Positions 1-7,637 of a stretch of 20,000 nucleotides of DNA are shown here, in pieces. How positions within the stretch are numbered: position 1 is the first letter of the stretch; each line of letters starts with the position of its first letter. The translations under genes and the position numbers were made by a program. Source of the stretch: an uncultured virus (IMG/VR IMGVR_UViG_3300042197_001981) (lineage: Duplodnaviria; Heunggongvirae; Uroviricota; Caudoviricetes); the IMG/VR virus record IMGVR_UViG_3300042197_001981; one strand, given 5' to 3'. The notes beneath the pieces were generated by a model. It was not told the origin of the DNA and did not search any database. It worked only from the letters and a program-made list of their open reading frames with translations.

Positions 1-191
1 TCCAAACGATCCTCTTCGCGGGCCCGTTGAGCGTCGCGTACCGCTTGGACTGAACCAAAAGTTTCATTAATAAGTTTATAAGCCCGTTCTCTATTTTCAG
101 GTCGGACATTCGTATTAGCGTATTCAAAATACCGAGCCCGCAAAGGTTCGATATCTTCGTCTACCGACAGATATGGTTGTTTCTGAGCCAT
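1..191 (-). CDS. Hypothetical protein, N-terminal part only (MAQKQPYLSVDEDIEPLRARYFEY...), runs off the window; possibly a virion protein
   Basis: Read by hand: ATG at 191 on the minus strand, 11 nt after the stop of 203..1438, frame open to the window edge. Not in the ORF track. Confidence 0.65.
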   Translation of the reverse strand, partial: MAQKQPYLSVDEDIEPLRARYFEYANTNVRPENRERAYKLINETFGSVQAVRDAQRAREEDRL

Positions 192-202
192 GTGTTGGCG
201 TG

Positions 203-1438
203 TTACCTGCCTTGACGCATGCGGCGGAGCAAACGAGCTGCTGTAGCTTTGGCTTTTGGTGGCGTAGTTTTCTCTGGCTTTTCTACCGCTTCCCAAGACC
301 CAGCTGCTTCCGGTCTGTATGTGACCCCGAGCCGTTCTACGGCTTTTTTGAATGCGCCCGGTTTGCCCGCCCGCACCTCTTCACCCAAGGCCATGGCTTC
401 TTCGGTATCCCGTAGGTTCTTCAAAGCCTTGGCGTCGGCCGCCCGAATAGCCCGCCAGTTAGCATCATGCTGCGCCTGATAAAATGCCTGCCTTTCTTTT
501 TGGGCCCGTTGCTCATATTCAGGTGTGCCGATAGTGCGTTCACGACTATCAGCAACTGCTTTGTCAGCGATAGGGCGCATACGTTCTTGGTACCGCCTTT
601 GAATTTCTTTTTTATCAGGAATATCAAAACGTAACATTGCAGCGTCTTCATCAGCACTTGTGCCCTGAGACGGTTTTTGTGTTTCTGTTTGGTAGACTTC
701 ACCCACCGGCGCGTACATCTTCTGGTTGCCCTTGACACCAATTAGCTCATATCTATCTGGGTCCGGCGCGGAGCCACCTTTTGGCACTAGCATGTAGCCG
801 GACTTTTGTTCTTCCCCAGTTAGTTCTTTTGGTGCCTCTGGTTTTCTGACGTCATTAGCAGCCATAGACCCAATAGCGCTACCAAACATTTTCTTTAGGG
901 GGCTTTCCTCTTCTTCTAGTTGTTGGGCACTGCTAAATAAACTCGGTGCCGCTGGCTCACCAGTAACATCGGCCCGCTGAGTGGTGGTGGTGGTGGCGGT
1001 GGTTTTTGAAGAAACTGTCGGGGTTTGTTGGGTTTTCTGTGCTTCTTGCTTTTTAAGATTAGCAGAAGTTTTCTCTAATACTTGGAGGCCGGGGTCATTG
1101 GCTAGATTTTTTTCTTGTAGTTTTTTCTCGGACCCTTGTTCAAACAACGCACTGGCTGTTCTCCCAAAACCCTTCCTAAGGGCGCGGCGGGACTCCCGTA
1201 AAAGGTCTTTCGAGGACCCTGCAAACTCGAGTCCTCTATCGGCGGTATCAGCCGCGACGGCCCCTGCTTCGAGCTTAGCCAACCCGGGATCTTTTTGCCC
1301 GGCCTTGAGACTTAGTTTTTCAGCAACACCTTTACTGTAAAGTTCATCGGCGACGCCTTGCAACCCTTGTCTCTCGGCTCGACGCGCCTGTCTAAGGGTG
1401 TCCAAATATGCTGGCCCAAGTCTAGTTCCGTTTCCCAT
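203..1438 (-). CDS. Hypothetical phage protein, possibly an internal virion/ejected protein
   Basis: 411-aa ORF rich in A/K/E/Q/R and likely helical, with an internal duplicated 43-aa segment and a Thr-rich linker; lies directly downstream of terL. Function inferred from context only. Confidence 0.6.
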   Translation of the reverse strand: MGNGTRLGPAYLDTLRQARRAERQGLQGVADELYSKGVAEKLSLKAGQKDPGLAKLEAGAVAADTADRGLEFAGSSKDLLRESRRALRKGFGRTASALFEQGSEKKLQEKNLANDPGLQVLEKTSANLKKQEAQKTQQTPTVSSKTTATTTTTQRADVTGEPAAPSLFSSAQQLEEEESPLKKMFGSAIGSMAANDVRKPEAPKELTGEEQKSGYMLVPKGGSAPDPDRYELIGVKGNQKMYAPVGEVYQTETQKPSQGTSADEDAAMLRFDIPDKKEIQRRYQERMRPIADKAVADSRERTIGTPEYEQRAQKERQAFYQAQHDANWRAIRAADAKALKNLRDTEEAMALGEEVRAGKPGAFKKAVERLGVTYRPEAAGSWEAVEKPEKTTPPKAKATAARLLRRMRQGR

Positions 1439-1473
1439 AGCGGGCTTAAAAGTAATGGTTACTGGGCCCTAAG

Positions 1474-3255
1474 TCAAGCCTGTGGTAGCAGTTCCGAGTG
1501 CGCCGTCCGCGCTTGCACCTGTAGGTCTTGCCATCGTATTTGCGATCGCTGGGGACCCGAACCATTTTGCTCGGATTCCGGCAAATCGAAAGCAATAAGC
1601 CCATGTCGGTTTCGAGCTAGATCAATCAGCAAAAACGCAGCGTCCGCCAAGTCGGGCGAATACCCGGCCCGCTTCTTGTAGTCCAACTTGCTCTCGACCC
1701 GCATCCGCAGCCCTTCGCCTCCTTTCACGGTGTCGTACTGTCTGGCACACATTTCCTTGGCAAGCTCTTGGTCAACCCCCTTGAGTTGCCCACACCGGAT
1801 CAGGTCTTTCCCAGCAAACCAAATTTCGGTGACCCGGTTAGCGTACAGGTCGTGGCACGGGGTCGGGTTGCTCATGCTGACCCTGCGGTCGGTAGCCTTA
1901 CCGGCGAAGGTCACCCGCTGGATGCTCGGGCTCCATTCGGCCGCCACTACGTCGCAGAACGGGGAACCGGCGCCGGTGGCGTCGATGGCTACGTCTTCCG
2001 GCTTTACACCCCGTTTCTGGCATTCTTGCTTGAGCTGTTTGACGATCTGGTACGTGCGAGGCACCGCCTTCTGAGTCTCGTCCTCGAACAGCAGCACGGT
2101 CTCCCCAAGCTGCAAAGTGTACTGCCCGTTGGGCGCGTACCCCAAGACCCCGAACCGCAACGAGGTCCGGTCTCCGCCGTTGGTGAACGCCGGGTCCAAG
2201 GCCGCCACCGGCACCGCGTCTCGGAGTTCGGCCTGCTGCATGGCCCCGCCCCGCATGAGTTCGGACTCGGTATAAACGCCATCAGCCTCGTCGTTGTCGA
2301 AGAACACCGCCCGGTACATTCGCAAGAACGCCCGGCTGTTCTCGCCCAAGTTTCGTTTGGCTTCCGCAATCCGCCCTTCGGTCGGTAGCCACGGGTAAAT
2401 CTCAGAACCGGCTTCGATGTTTGGGCTGCGCTCTGCGTCGAACCGTACATACAGGCCGCCGTACTTGGTCCGCCAACTGTAGTCGGCCTCGTTGACCACG
2501 CTGTCCCAACCATTTTTGGGCTCAGCCCAGTCACCAAAAGCATCAAACCTACTGGCCGGGTTGCTCATGGCCACGACCCGCAGGTTTCGGTTGGTGGACA
2601 AGTTGCTCAGCGCCGTCTGGGTAATGCTGTGGCTGAGCTCGCTAAGCTCGTCCGCGACCAGCATCATGTATTCGTTCTTGATACCGATGAGCTTGGCCGT
2701 GGCTTCGCGGGTCTTGGACTTTTCAGCAGCCACCAGCGTGAGTCCGGCGTCGTTGTGCAGCACCCCGTTCGGGTCGACATAGTTGGCTTCCCCGATCGAG
2801 TCCCGAATCCTGATGGGTAAACCCGGAACCGCGGTTAATAGGTTAATGATGGCGCCCCAGATCCGTTTGCGGGCTTCACGCAACGTGGTACTGGTCACCA
2901 GCACCAAGGTCCGGTCCGGGGCGGCCAACCAGTTCACAATAGCCCAACCGGCCATGGTGTACGACTTACCGCTGCTTCCGGCGCCGCCGATGGCAAGGTA
3001 CTTTTCCTTGGCTGCGGCCGAGATCATTTGCTCGGCCCACGGGTGTCGTTGGAATAGCGGCTCGTGCCGCTCCGGGCCGTTCCACAGAATGTCTGCGATC
3101 TGCCAAAAGATTGCGACCCGCGCGGTTCCGAGCGTGTGCCGGTTGAATGCTACCAGCAGCGCACTGAGCTCGTTACATGGCGGGACTGTGATACCGCCGA
3201 CGTTCCAGCTGCCGTCGGTTTGGAGGATGGGGGTGTAGGTGTTGGCCTTGGGCAC
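1474..3255 (-). CDS. terL: Phage terminase large subunit
   Basis: Walker A GGAGSSGKS, Walker B MLVADELSE, coupling motif MSNP, and RNase H-fold nuclease motifs ALDPAFTNGGDR, IDATGAG and SPDLADA; GTG start. Confidence 0.93.
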   Translation of the reverse strand: MPKANTYTPILQTDGSWNVGGITVPPCNELSALLVAFNRHTLGTARVAIFWQIADILWNGPERHEPLFQRHPWAEQMISAAAKEKYLAIGGAGSSGKSYTMAGWAIVNWLAAPDRTLVLVTSTTLREARKRIWGAIINLLTAVPGLPIRIRDSIGEANYVDPNGVLHNDAGLTLVAAEKSKTREATAKLIGIKNEYMMLVADELSELSHSITQTALSNLSTNRNLRVVAMSNPASRFDAFGDWAEPKNGWDSVVNEADYSWRTKYGGLYVRFDAERSPNIEAGSEIYPWLPTEGRIAEAKRNLGENSRAFLRMYRAVFFDNDEADGVYTESELMRGGAMQQAELRDAVPVAALDPAFTNGGDRTSLRFGVLGYAPNGQYTLQLGETVLLFEDETQKAVPRTYQIVKQLKQECQKRGVKPEDVAIDATGAGSPFCDVVAAEWSPSIQRVTFAGKATDRRVSMSNPTPCHDLYANRVTEIWFAGKDLIRCGQLKGVDQELAKEMCARQYDTVKGGEGLRMRVESKLDYKKRAGYSPDLADAAFLLIDLARNRHGLIAFDLPESEQNGSGPQRSQIRWQDLQVQARTAHSELLPQA

Positions 3256-3314
3256 GCACCAAACAAAACACTTAATACTTGCAAATGCAACCTAATTGCG
3301 TTTCTAATACGGGC
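3256..3314. promoter_or_regulatory. Putative divergent promoter region with palindrome TTGCA-AA-TGCAA (3279-3290)
   Basis: AT-rich 59-nt gap between divergent GTG starts. Plus strand has TTGCAA(3279)-18 nt-TCTAAT(3303). Minus strand has TTGCAT followed by only a weak -10. Confidence 0.5.
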
Positions 3315-3920
3315 GTGTCCACAGTAGTTAGCCAGAACACAGACCAAGCCAGCTGCGGCCGGATCCAACCAGAGGCGGTCCGGGAGCGAGCGGTCCAGAT
3401 GTACGCGCACGGCCACGCGACCCCCGACATTGCACGGGCTATTGGTGTGAACCCAAGCACCGTCCGCAGATGGGTCCGGGCCAAGGGCGTAAAGTACGGG
3501 TCGGCTTTGAGCGTGGCCCCGCCCCCAGAGTCACTGGAAGAAATCAAGAACCCCAGCAAGCCAGCCCCGACCCAGACCCAAGTGTTGGACTCGGCCATGA
3601 ACACCCCGACCCAGCGGCTGCTGAATGCCGAACAGATCATGGCAGCTATCGGCGAAGCATTGGAGCGGCCCGGTGACGCAGCGAACCGGTATCAGGCGGT
3701 CATGGTAGCGTTGGGGTTGAACATGCTCAAGACTAGCGCGGCCATGCCACCGGCCGTGAAGACCATCAAGGACCTATCGACCCTGAACGACATCATCCGC
3801 ACCAACTTGGGCCTGAACGCCAAAGGCGGGTCCGGCGGGCTATCCATTAACCTAAACGTACTGACCAAGGAAGGCAAGGGCCAGACCACCGACGTAGTCG
3901 TAGAAGCTGAAACCGTATGA
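3315..3920 (+). CDS. HTH DNA-binding protein, probable terminase small subunit
   Basis: N-terminal HTH (RAVQMYAHGHATPDIARAIGVNPSTVRRWV), helical middle, and a C-terminal beta-type tail (GGLSINLNVL...VVEAE) typical of TerS; adjacent to terL. Start uncertain (GTG 3315 or ATG 3399). Confidence 0.6.
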   Translation: MSTVVSQNTDQASCGRIQPEAVRERAVQMYAHGHATPDIARAIGVNPSTVRRWVRAKGVKYGSALSVAPPPESLEEIKNPSKPAPTQTQVLDSAMNTPTQRLLNAEQIMAAIGEALERPGDAANRYQAVMVALGLNMLKTSAAMPPAVKTIKDLSTLNDIIRTNLGLNAKGGSGGLSINLNVLTKEGKGQTTDVVVEAETV

Positions 3921-4174
3921 AGGCCGATTTACCCTGCAACAAACCACGCCGTACCCCGGACCACAAGACCAAAAGCCACGTTGTCAAGGCGTGCGCTGGC
4001 GGCAAAGAGAAACTCATTCGGTTTGGCCAGCAGGGCGTGTCCGGGAGCCCGTACCGCAAAGGGGAAGCCAAGGCCGACACCAAGCGTCGGGCTTCGTTCT
4101 TGGCCCGCCACGCCAAAAATATCGCCAAAGGTAAAATGTCCGCGGGGTACTGGGCAGCCAAAGTGAAATGGTGA
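3917..4174 (+). CDS. Small basic conserved phage protein (DUF6321-like)
   Basis: Motifs KLIRFGQQG, RRASFLARH and SAGYWAAKVKW recalled from this phage family; ATGA overlap with the upstream gene. Confidence 0.7.
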   Translation: MKADLPCNKPRRTPDHKTKSHVVKACAGGKEKLIRFGQQGVSGSPYRKGEAKADTKRRASFLARHAKNIAKGKMSAGYWAAKVKW

Positions 4175-4635
4175 TCGGTGTAGATAACGGGCTGAGTGGT
4201 GCGTGGTGCGTGTTGCAACACGACGGCAGCATCGTCGAGTACGACACCATGCCCTTGACCAAGTTCGGCGGCAAAAGCGAAATCGACCCCGAGGCGTTGC
4301 TGGCGACATTTCGGCGGTTTGAAGGCGCGTCGGTAGCGGTCGAGGAACCGTTGCGGTTTGCGCCTACGCTGCAGGCCATGCGGTCCATGAGCATTTCGTT
4401 CGGAAAGATTCTGGGGCTGTGCTCGGCCGCCGAAATCCCGCTTCAGCGGGTTCAGGTTCGTGACTGGCAGAACGCCAAGCTGGGCAAGTTCGCCAAGGGC
4501 AAGAGCAAGGTCGCGGCGCTGAAAGCGGCCAAGAAAATTTGGCCCGGTGAAAAATTCAAGGTTGGAAAAATGTCGGAGCCCCACGACGGAATAGTTGACG
4601 CGGCCCTAATCGGGCTCTACGCTCTGGGCCTATGA
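4168..4635 (+). CDS. ruvC: RuvC-like Holliday junction resolvase
   Basis: N-terminal IGVDNGLSGA, middle VAVEEP and C-terminal HDGIVDAALI supply the RuvC acidic catalytic pattern. Confidence 0.85.
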   Translation: MVIGVDNGLSGAWCVLQHDGSIVEYDTMPLTKFGGKSEIDPEALLATFRRFEGASVAVEEPLRFAPTLQAMRSMSISFGKILGLCSAAEIPLQRVQVRDWQNAKLGKFAKGKSKVAALKAAKKIWPGEKFKVGKMSEPHDGIVDAALIGLYALGL

Positions 4636-4991
4636 GCAAGACACTACTTACGCTCCTGTTCGCTGCCGGCGTCGCCGCGGCGGCCCCGCAACACGGAACC
4701 GCTAGCTGGTATTCAGTGCACAGCAACGGCGGGGCCCACACCGCTAGCGGCCGCAAGCTGGTGAACACCGCCGCTACTGCGGCCCACCGTACGCTACCTT
4801 TCGGCACCAAGGTACGGGTCACCAACAAGGTCAACGGTAAGTCGGAGATCGTAACCATTACCGATCGGGGGCCTTACATCAAAGGGCGCGTCATTGACGT
4901 CACGGTCGGGGTGGCCACCCGGTTAGGGTTCAAAAGCCGGGGCTTGGTCCCGGTTAAGGTTGAGGTAGTTAAAAAAAGTGCCAAACCGTAA
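4632..4991 (+). CDS. rlpA: RlpA-like (DPBB) lytic transglycosylase with N-terminal signal peptide
   Basis: Motifs GTASWY, TASG, TAAHRTLPFGTKVRVTN, ITDRGPY and RVIDV; hydrophobic N-terminus ending in AAA with no lipobox Cys; no SPOR domain. Confidence 0.9.
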   Translation: MSKTLLTLLFAAGVAAAAPQHGTASWYSVHSNGGAHTASGRKLVNTAATAAHRTLPFGTKVRVTNKVNGKSEIVTITDRGPYIKGRVIDVTVGVATRLGFKSRGLVPVKVEVVKKSAKP

Positions 4992-5214
4992 GTACATCGT
5001 CGCGGCCTTGGAGGCTATCATGGAAGACGTCACCGGGCTCAGCATGCGGGTCCCGGGGGAGCTCGAGTTTGACGCATTTTTCGACCAACCCCAACACGAC
5101 CAGTTCAAGAAACTGGTGCGTGTGGAGTTCAACCTCCCCGACGATACGCTGGTCGAATCCTGCGAGCGGTTCCGCGAGCTAATTATTTTGCTCGAGGACG
5201 AACTTTTTTGTTGA
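4978..5214 (+). CDS. Small acidic acyl-carrier-protein-like protein lacking the DSL serine
   Basis: 78-aa acidic ORF; segment ...RVEFNLPDDTLVESCERFRELIILL resembles ACP EEEFxxEIPDE...TVxxxIDYI, with DQP where ACPs have DSL. Confidence 0.45.
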   Translation: MPNRKYIVAALEAIMEDVTGLSMRVPGELEFDAFFDQPQHDQFKKLVRVEFNLPDDTLVESCERFRELIILLEDELFC

Positions 5215-5262
5215 CCTAGGCTCCGGCGGCGGTATTTGTGGGGCTCAACCCCAAACCACCGC

Positions 5263-5463
5263 ATGAGCAATGGAGCAGGAAAAGGAGACAAACCCCGTCC
5301 CTACGACGGGCAAAAATACCGCGACGGGTACGACCGAATCTTCGGCGCCAAACGCGGTCATCGAAACCCTGAAGAAGGAGTACTTCAAAAAGATCCGAAG
5401 GGAGGATTACCCCAACACACCGGACATAACCAAACAGCTGGACCAGTTGGAACAAGCAATTAA
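5263..5463 (+). CDS. Small conserved phage protein (GKGDKPRP...YDRIF type)
   Basis: ATG at 5263; the motif MSNGAGKGDKPRPYDGQKYRDGYDRIF is recalled from many phage hypothetical proteins. Overlaps 5270..5485 in another frame. Confidence 0.55.
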   Translation: MSNGAGKGDKPRPYDGQKYRDGYDRIFGAKRGHRNPEEGVLQKDPKGGLPQHTGHNQTAGPVGTSN

Positions 5464-5485
5464 ACACTGGCAAGAACTACCATGA
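5270..5485 (+). CDS. Hypothetical protein
   Basis: 71-aa ORF with an amphipathic helical C-terminal half; its stop overlaps the ATG of the glycosyltransferase (ATGA). Confidence 0.55.
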   Translation: MEQEKETNPVPTTGKNTATGTTESSAPNAVIETLKKEYFKKIRREDYPNTPDITKQLDQLEQAIKHWQELP

Positions 5486-6216
5486 AACTTATTGTCGGGA
5501 TTGCTACCACCCCTAAACGGGTCAGCTGTTTAGAGCCTACCATAAATAGTTTGGCTAGGCAATCCGTTGGTATTGATGAAGTGGTAGTGGTTTACCCCAG
5601 AACCTTTGCTAGGTTTGATTATTCAGCTGTGCCTGATAACGTAGTTTATTTCTTAAATCAAATGGGTGTCACTCTGTATCAGCCCGAAGGTGACCGTGGC
5701 CCAGCTTGGAAATTCTTGGGTGCCAAAGAATTTGCTTCACCAGAAGATGCAGTCATTTGGTGCGATGACGACGTAACATATCAGCGTACGTGGGCTGAAC
5801 ATTTAGTAAGTGTTTATGACAAAAGATGGGCAGCTGGGCAATCTGGCTATAATATCGTTAATGATTACGATAAACCAGAGTACGAGTTGGTAGAAGGTAG
5901 AGGCGGAGTAATTTGTTGTGCATCGAACATACCGGACAAAGGTAACTGGCCAGAAATTTCTGACACCGCATACGACCAGCTCAGTGAGTTACAACAAGAT
6001 TATTTTCTGAGTGATGATCTTGTTGTATCACAACTACTTAGAAACTCTGGTACCCGAGTGGTGGCCTATCCGCCCACCAGATTAAACTTTAAGCACACCA
6101 TATCTCATAATCAAAATACAGCCATCCACAAAACAATCTCTTTAAGGAAGGCGTATACGAATTTGATAACAAACCAAAAATTATGGAAAACAAAAATTAC
6201 TACCGAGGAAGCCTAG
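5482..6216 (+). CDS. GT-A fold glycosyltransferase
   Basis: N-terminal IVGIATTPKR...TINSLARQS, DRGPAWK, DxD motif VIWCDDDVTY and SDDLVVS; more AT-rich than the genes upstream. Confidence 0.8.
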   Translation: MKLIVGIATTPKRVSCLEPTINSLARQSVGIDEVVVVYPRTFARFDYSAVPDNVVYFLNQMGVTLYQPEGDRGPAWKFLGAKEFASPEDAVIWCDDDVTYQRTWAEHLVSVYDKRWAAGQSGYNIVNDYDKPEYELVEGRGGVICCASNIPDKGNWPEISDTAYDQLSELQQDYFLSDDLVVSQLLRNSGTRVVAYPPTRLNFKHTISHNQNTAIHKTISLRKAYTNLITNQKLWKTKITTEEA

Positions 6217-6398
6217 ACCCGTTCGAGGATGTGGTCGACCTGTTGGAGAGCTTGAATGTGGCATTTTGCCTGATGATAGGCATGCACGGTCAAGCGGATA
6301 CCCTGTGTTGGACTAATGTCGGACAGTGGGGCGCGGAAGCCGTGGAAAATTTTGACGAAGCATGGAAACAAACAAAAGAAGAACTGGACAATGACTAA
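6183..6398 (+). CDS. Hypothetical protein
   Basis: 71-aa acidic ORF tiling the plus-strand operon. Confidence 0.6.
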   Translation: MENKNYYRGSLDPFEDVVDLLESLNVAFCLMIGMHGQADTLCWTNVGQWGAEAVENFDEAWKQTKEELDND

Positions 6399-6594
6399 CC
6401 GAATTACATTTACGCAACAACGCAGACTGGTATCTGAAAACCCAAGAATCGTTGAGTATCGTTTCAGTGACCGCCCTGATGAAGTCTTTAATAGTTTGGA
6501 CGATCTAAGGAAACATCGGGGGCTTACTGAAGAGCAGCTCAGACAAACCGTACAAACATTACCAGCAACACCAAATGAACTACCACCCCAATGA
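6391..6594 (+). CDS. Hypothetical protein
   Basis: ATG at 6391 (MTNRITFTQQ...) overlaps the upstream gene end; tiles the operon. Confidence 0.6.
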   Translation: MTNRITFTQQRRLVSENPRIVEYRFSDRPDEVFNSLDDLRKHRGLTEEQLRQTVQTLPATPNELPPQ

Positions 6595-7018
6595 CCCCAA
6601 AAGAGAAGCAGGAAGCAAAAAATGCCCGCTCGGGCTCATCCCACCGTACGCCATGCAAGAGACCGCGTGGGTCCATAAGTTGGGTTCGGCCAAGTACGGG
6701 CCCTTTAACTGGCGCGATTCCGGCGTTTGTGCCAGCACCTACGTCCACGCGATCCTCCGACACCTGAACGCATGGCGTGACGGCGAGGACCTTGACCCCG
6801 AAAGTGGGCGTTCCCACATCGCACACGTGGCCTGTTGCTGTAACATTCTGCTGGACGCCGCGAACTGCGGTAAGCTAGTAGACGATCGTTCAATCCCACC
6901 AGCCCCGGGCTGCGCTCGGTGTGGCGGACCCATCGAAGACAATTTCGTGTACGGGCCCGAGTGCCCAGTATGCGACAACGGACTAGACTACTACCATGAA
7001 CATCCAACATATTTGTGA
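6575..7018 (+). CDS. dATP/dGTP diphosphohydrolase (DUF5664) domain protein with C-terminal Zn-ribbon
   Basis: Motifs DPKREAGSKK.PL.LIP, GSAKYGPFNWR, AILRHLNAWRDGEDLDPESGRSHIAH; C-terminal CARC...CPVC. Confidence 0.88.
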   Translation: MNYHPNDPKREAGSKKCPLGLIPPYAMQETAWVHKLGSAKYGPFNWRDSGVCASTYVHAILRHLNAWRDGEDLDPESGRSHIAHVACCCNILLDAANCGKLVDDRSIPPAPGCARCGGPIEDNFVYGPECPVCDNGLDYYHEHPTYL

Positions 7019-7097
7019 CCTGTTGCTTATGCTATCCGTTACGATAGCTGTCAGCTACATACTAATTCTGCTAAAAAACAACACCCCACAACCATAA
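6996..7097 (+). CDS. Putative 33-aa single-pass membrane peptide
   Basis: Read by hand: MNIQHICDLLLMLSVTIAVSYILILLKNNTPQP*; fills the gap and ends in a TAATG overlap with the next gene. Confidence 0.5.
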   Translation: MNIQHICDLLLMLSVTIAVSYILILLKNNTPQP

Positions 7098-7294
7098 TGT
7101 TCCCTACCTACACACCAGACGAAGCCGAAAGCCGGCAATACATTTCAATTACCCGACCCTACAACCTCAAGCTACCACACGAAGCCGAATGGTTTATTCG
7201 GGCTATTACTGACCTGCGCGAGGCTAACTGTTGTTTGGTTGAATATACCAACGGCGTAGAAATTTGGAGGCACCGCAGCAGTGTGCGCCTATGA
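7097..7294 (+). CDS. Hypothetical protein
   Basis: 65-aa ORF with start/stop overlaps at both ends. Confidence 0.65.
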   Translation: MFPTYTPDEAESRQYISITRPYNLKLPHEAEWFIRAITDLREANCCLVEYTNGVEIWRHRSSVRL

Positions 7295-7488
7295 ACCCGA
7301 TCGACATTGACCAGTTTTGCCCTTTGCCTCCGGCCCGCAAACCGTGGGAAACCGACACGCCGACGCTGATCTCAGCGCTGTTCGTGCTGGCCGCGTCCAT
7401 TGAGAGCGAGGATGGCGTAGCCAATGGGTGTATCTACGAGGCAGCCCACAGGCTGGAAGAACTCTATAATAAAGTACATGAGCCTTAA
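7291..7488 (+). CDS. Hypothetical phage protein
   Basis: ATGA overlap at 7291; motif TPTLISALFVLAASIESEDGVANGCIYEAAHRLEEL resembles a recurrent small phage protein. Confidence 0.65.
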   Translation: MNPIDIDQFCPLPPARKPWETDTPTLISALFVLAASIESEDGVANGCIYEAAHRLEELYNKVHEP

Positions 7489-7633
7489 CGAATCACACAT
7501 CGTCGGGATTGTAACCGTGCTCTACGCTTGGGTCGGCGTTTCGTATGCCGCGAAAGGCGAGTTCCCGTGGGCGCTGACATGGCTGGCTTACTCGCTGGCC
7601 AACGTGGGACTTATTTGGGCGGCGAAAGAATAA
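7478..7633 (+). CDS. Small membrane protein with two predicted TM helices
   Basis: MSLNESHIVGIVTVLYAWVGVSYAAKGEFPWALTWLAYSLANVGLIWAAKE; two hydrophobic segments. Confidence 0.65.
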   Translation: MSLNESHIVGIVTVLYAWVGVSYAAKGEFPWALTWLAYSLANVGLIWAAKE

Positions 7634-7637
7634 ACCA

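Noticed and set aside
981..1003. (GTG)n microsatellite
   Set aside because: It simply encodes the Thr-rich linker (TTATTTTT) of the minus-strand protein.
3847..4584. Long antisense or alternate-frame ORFs (e.g. 3847..4584, 7843..8517, 11955..12611, 1768..2388)
   Set aside because: Shadow ORFs of GC-rich coding genes with no recognisable motifs, unlike the +1 ORF inside the intein.
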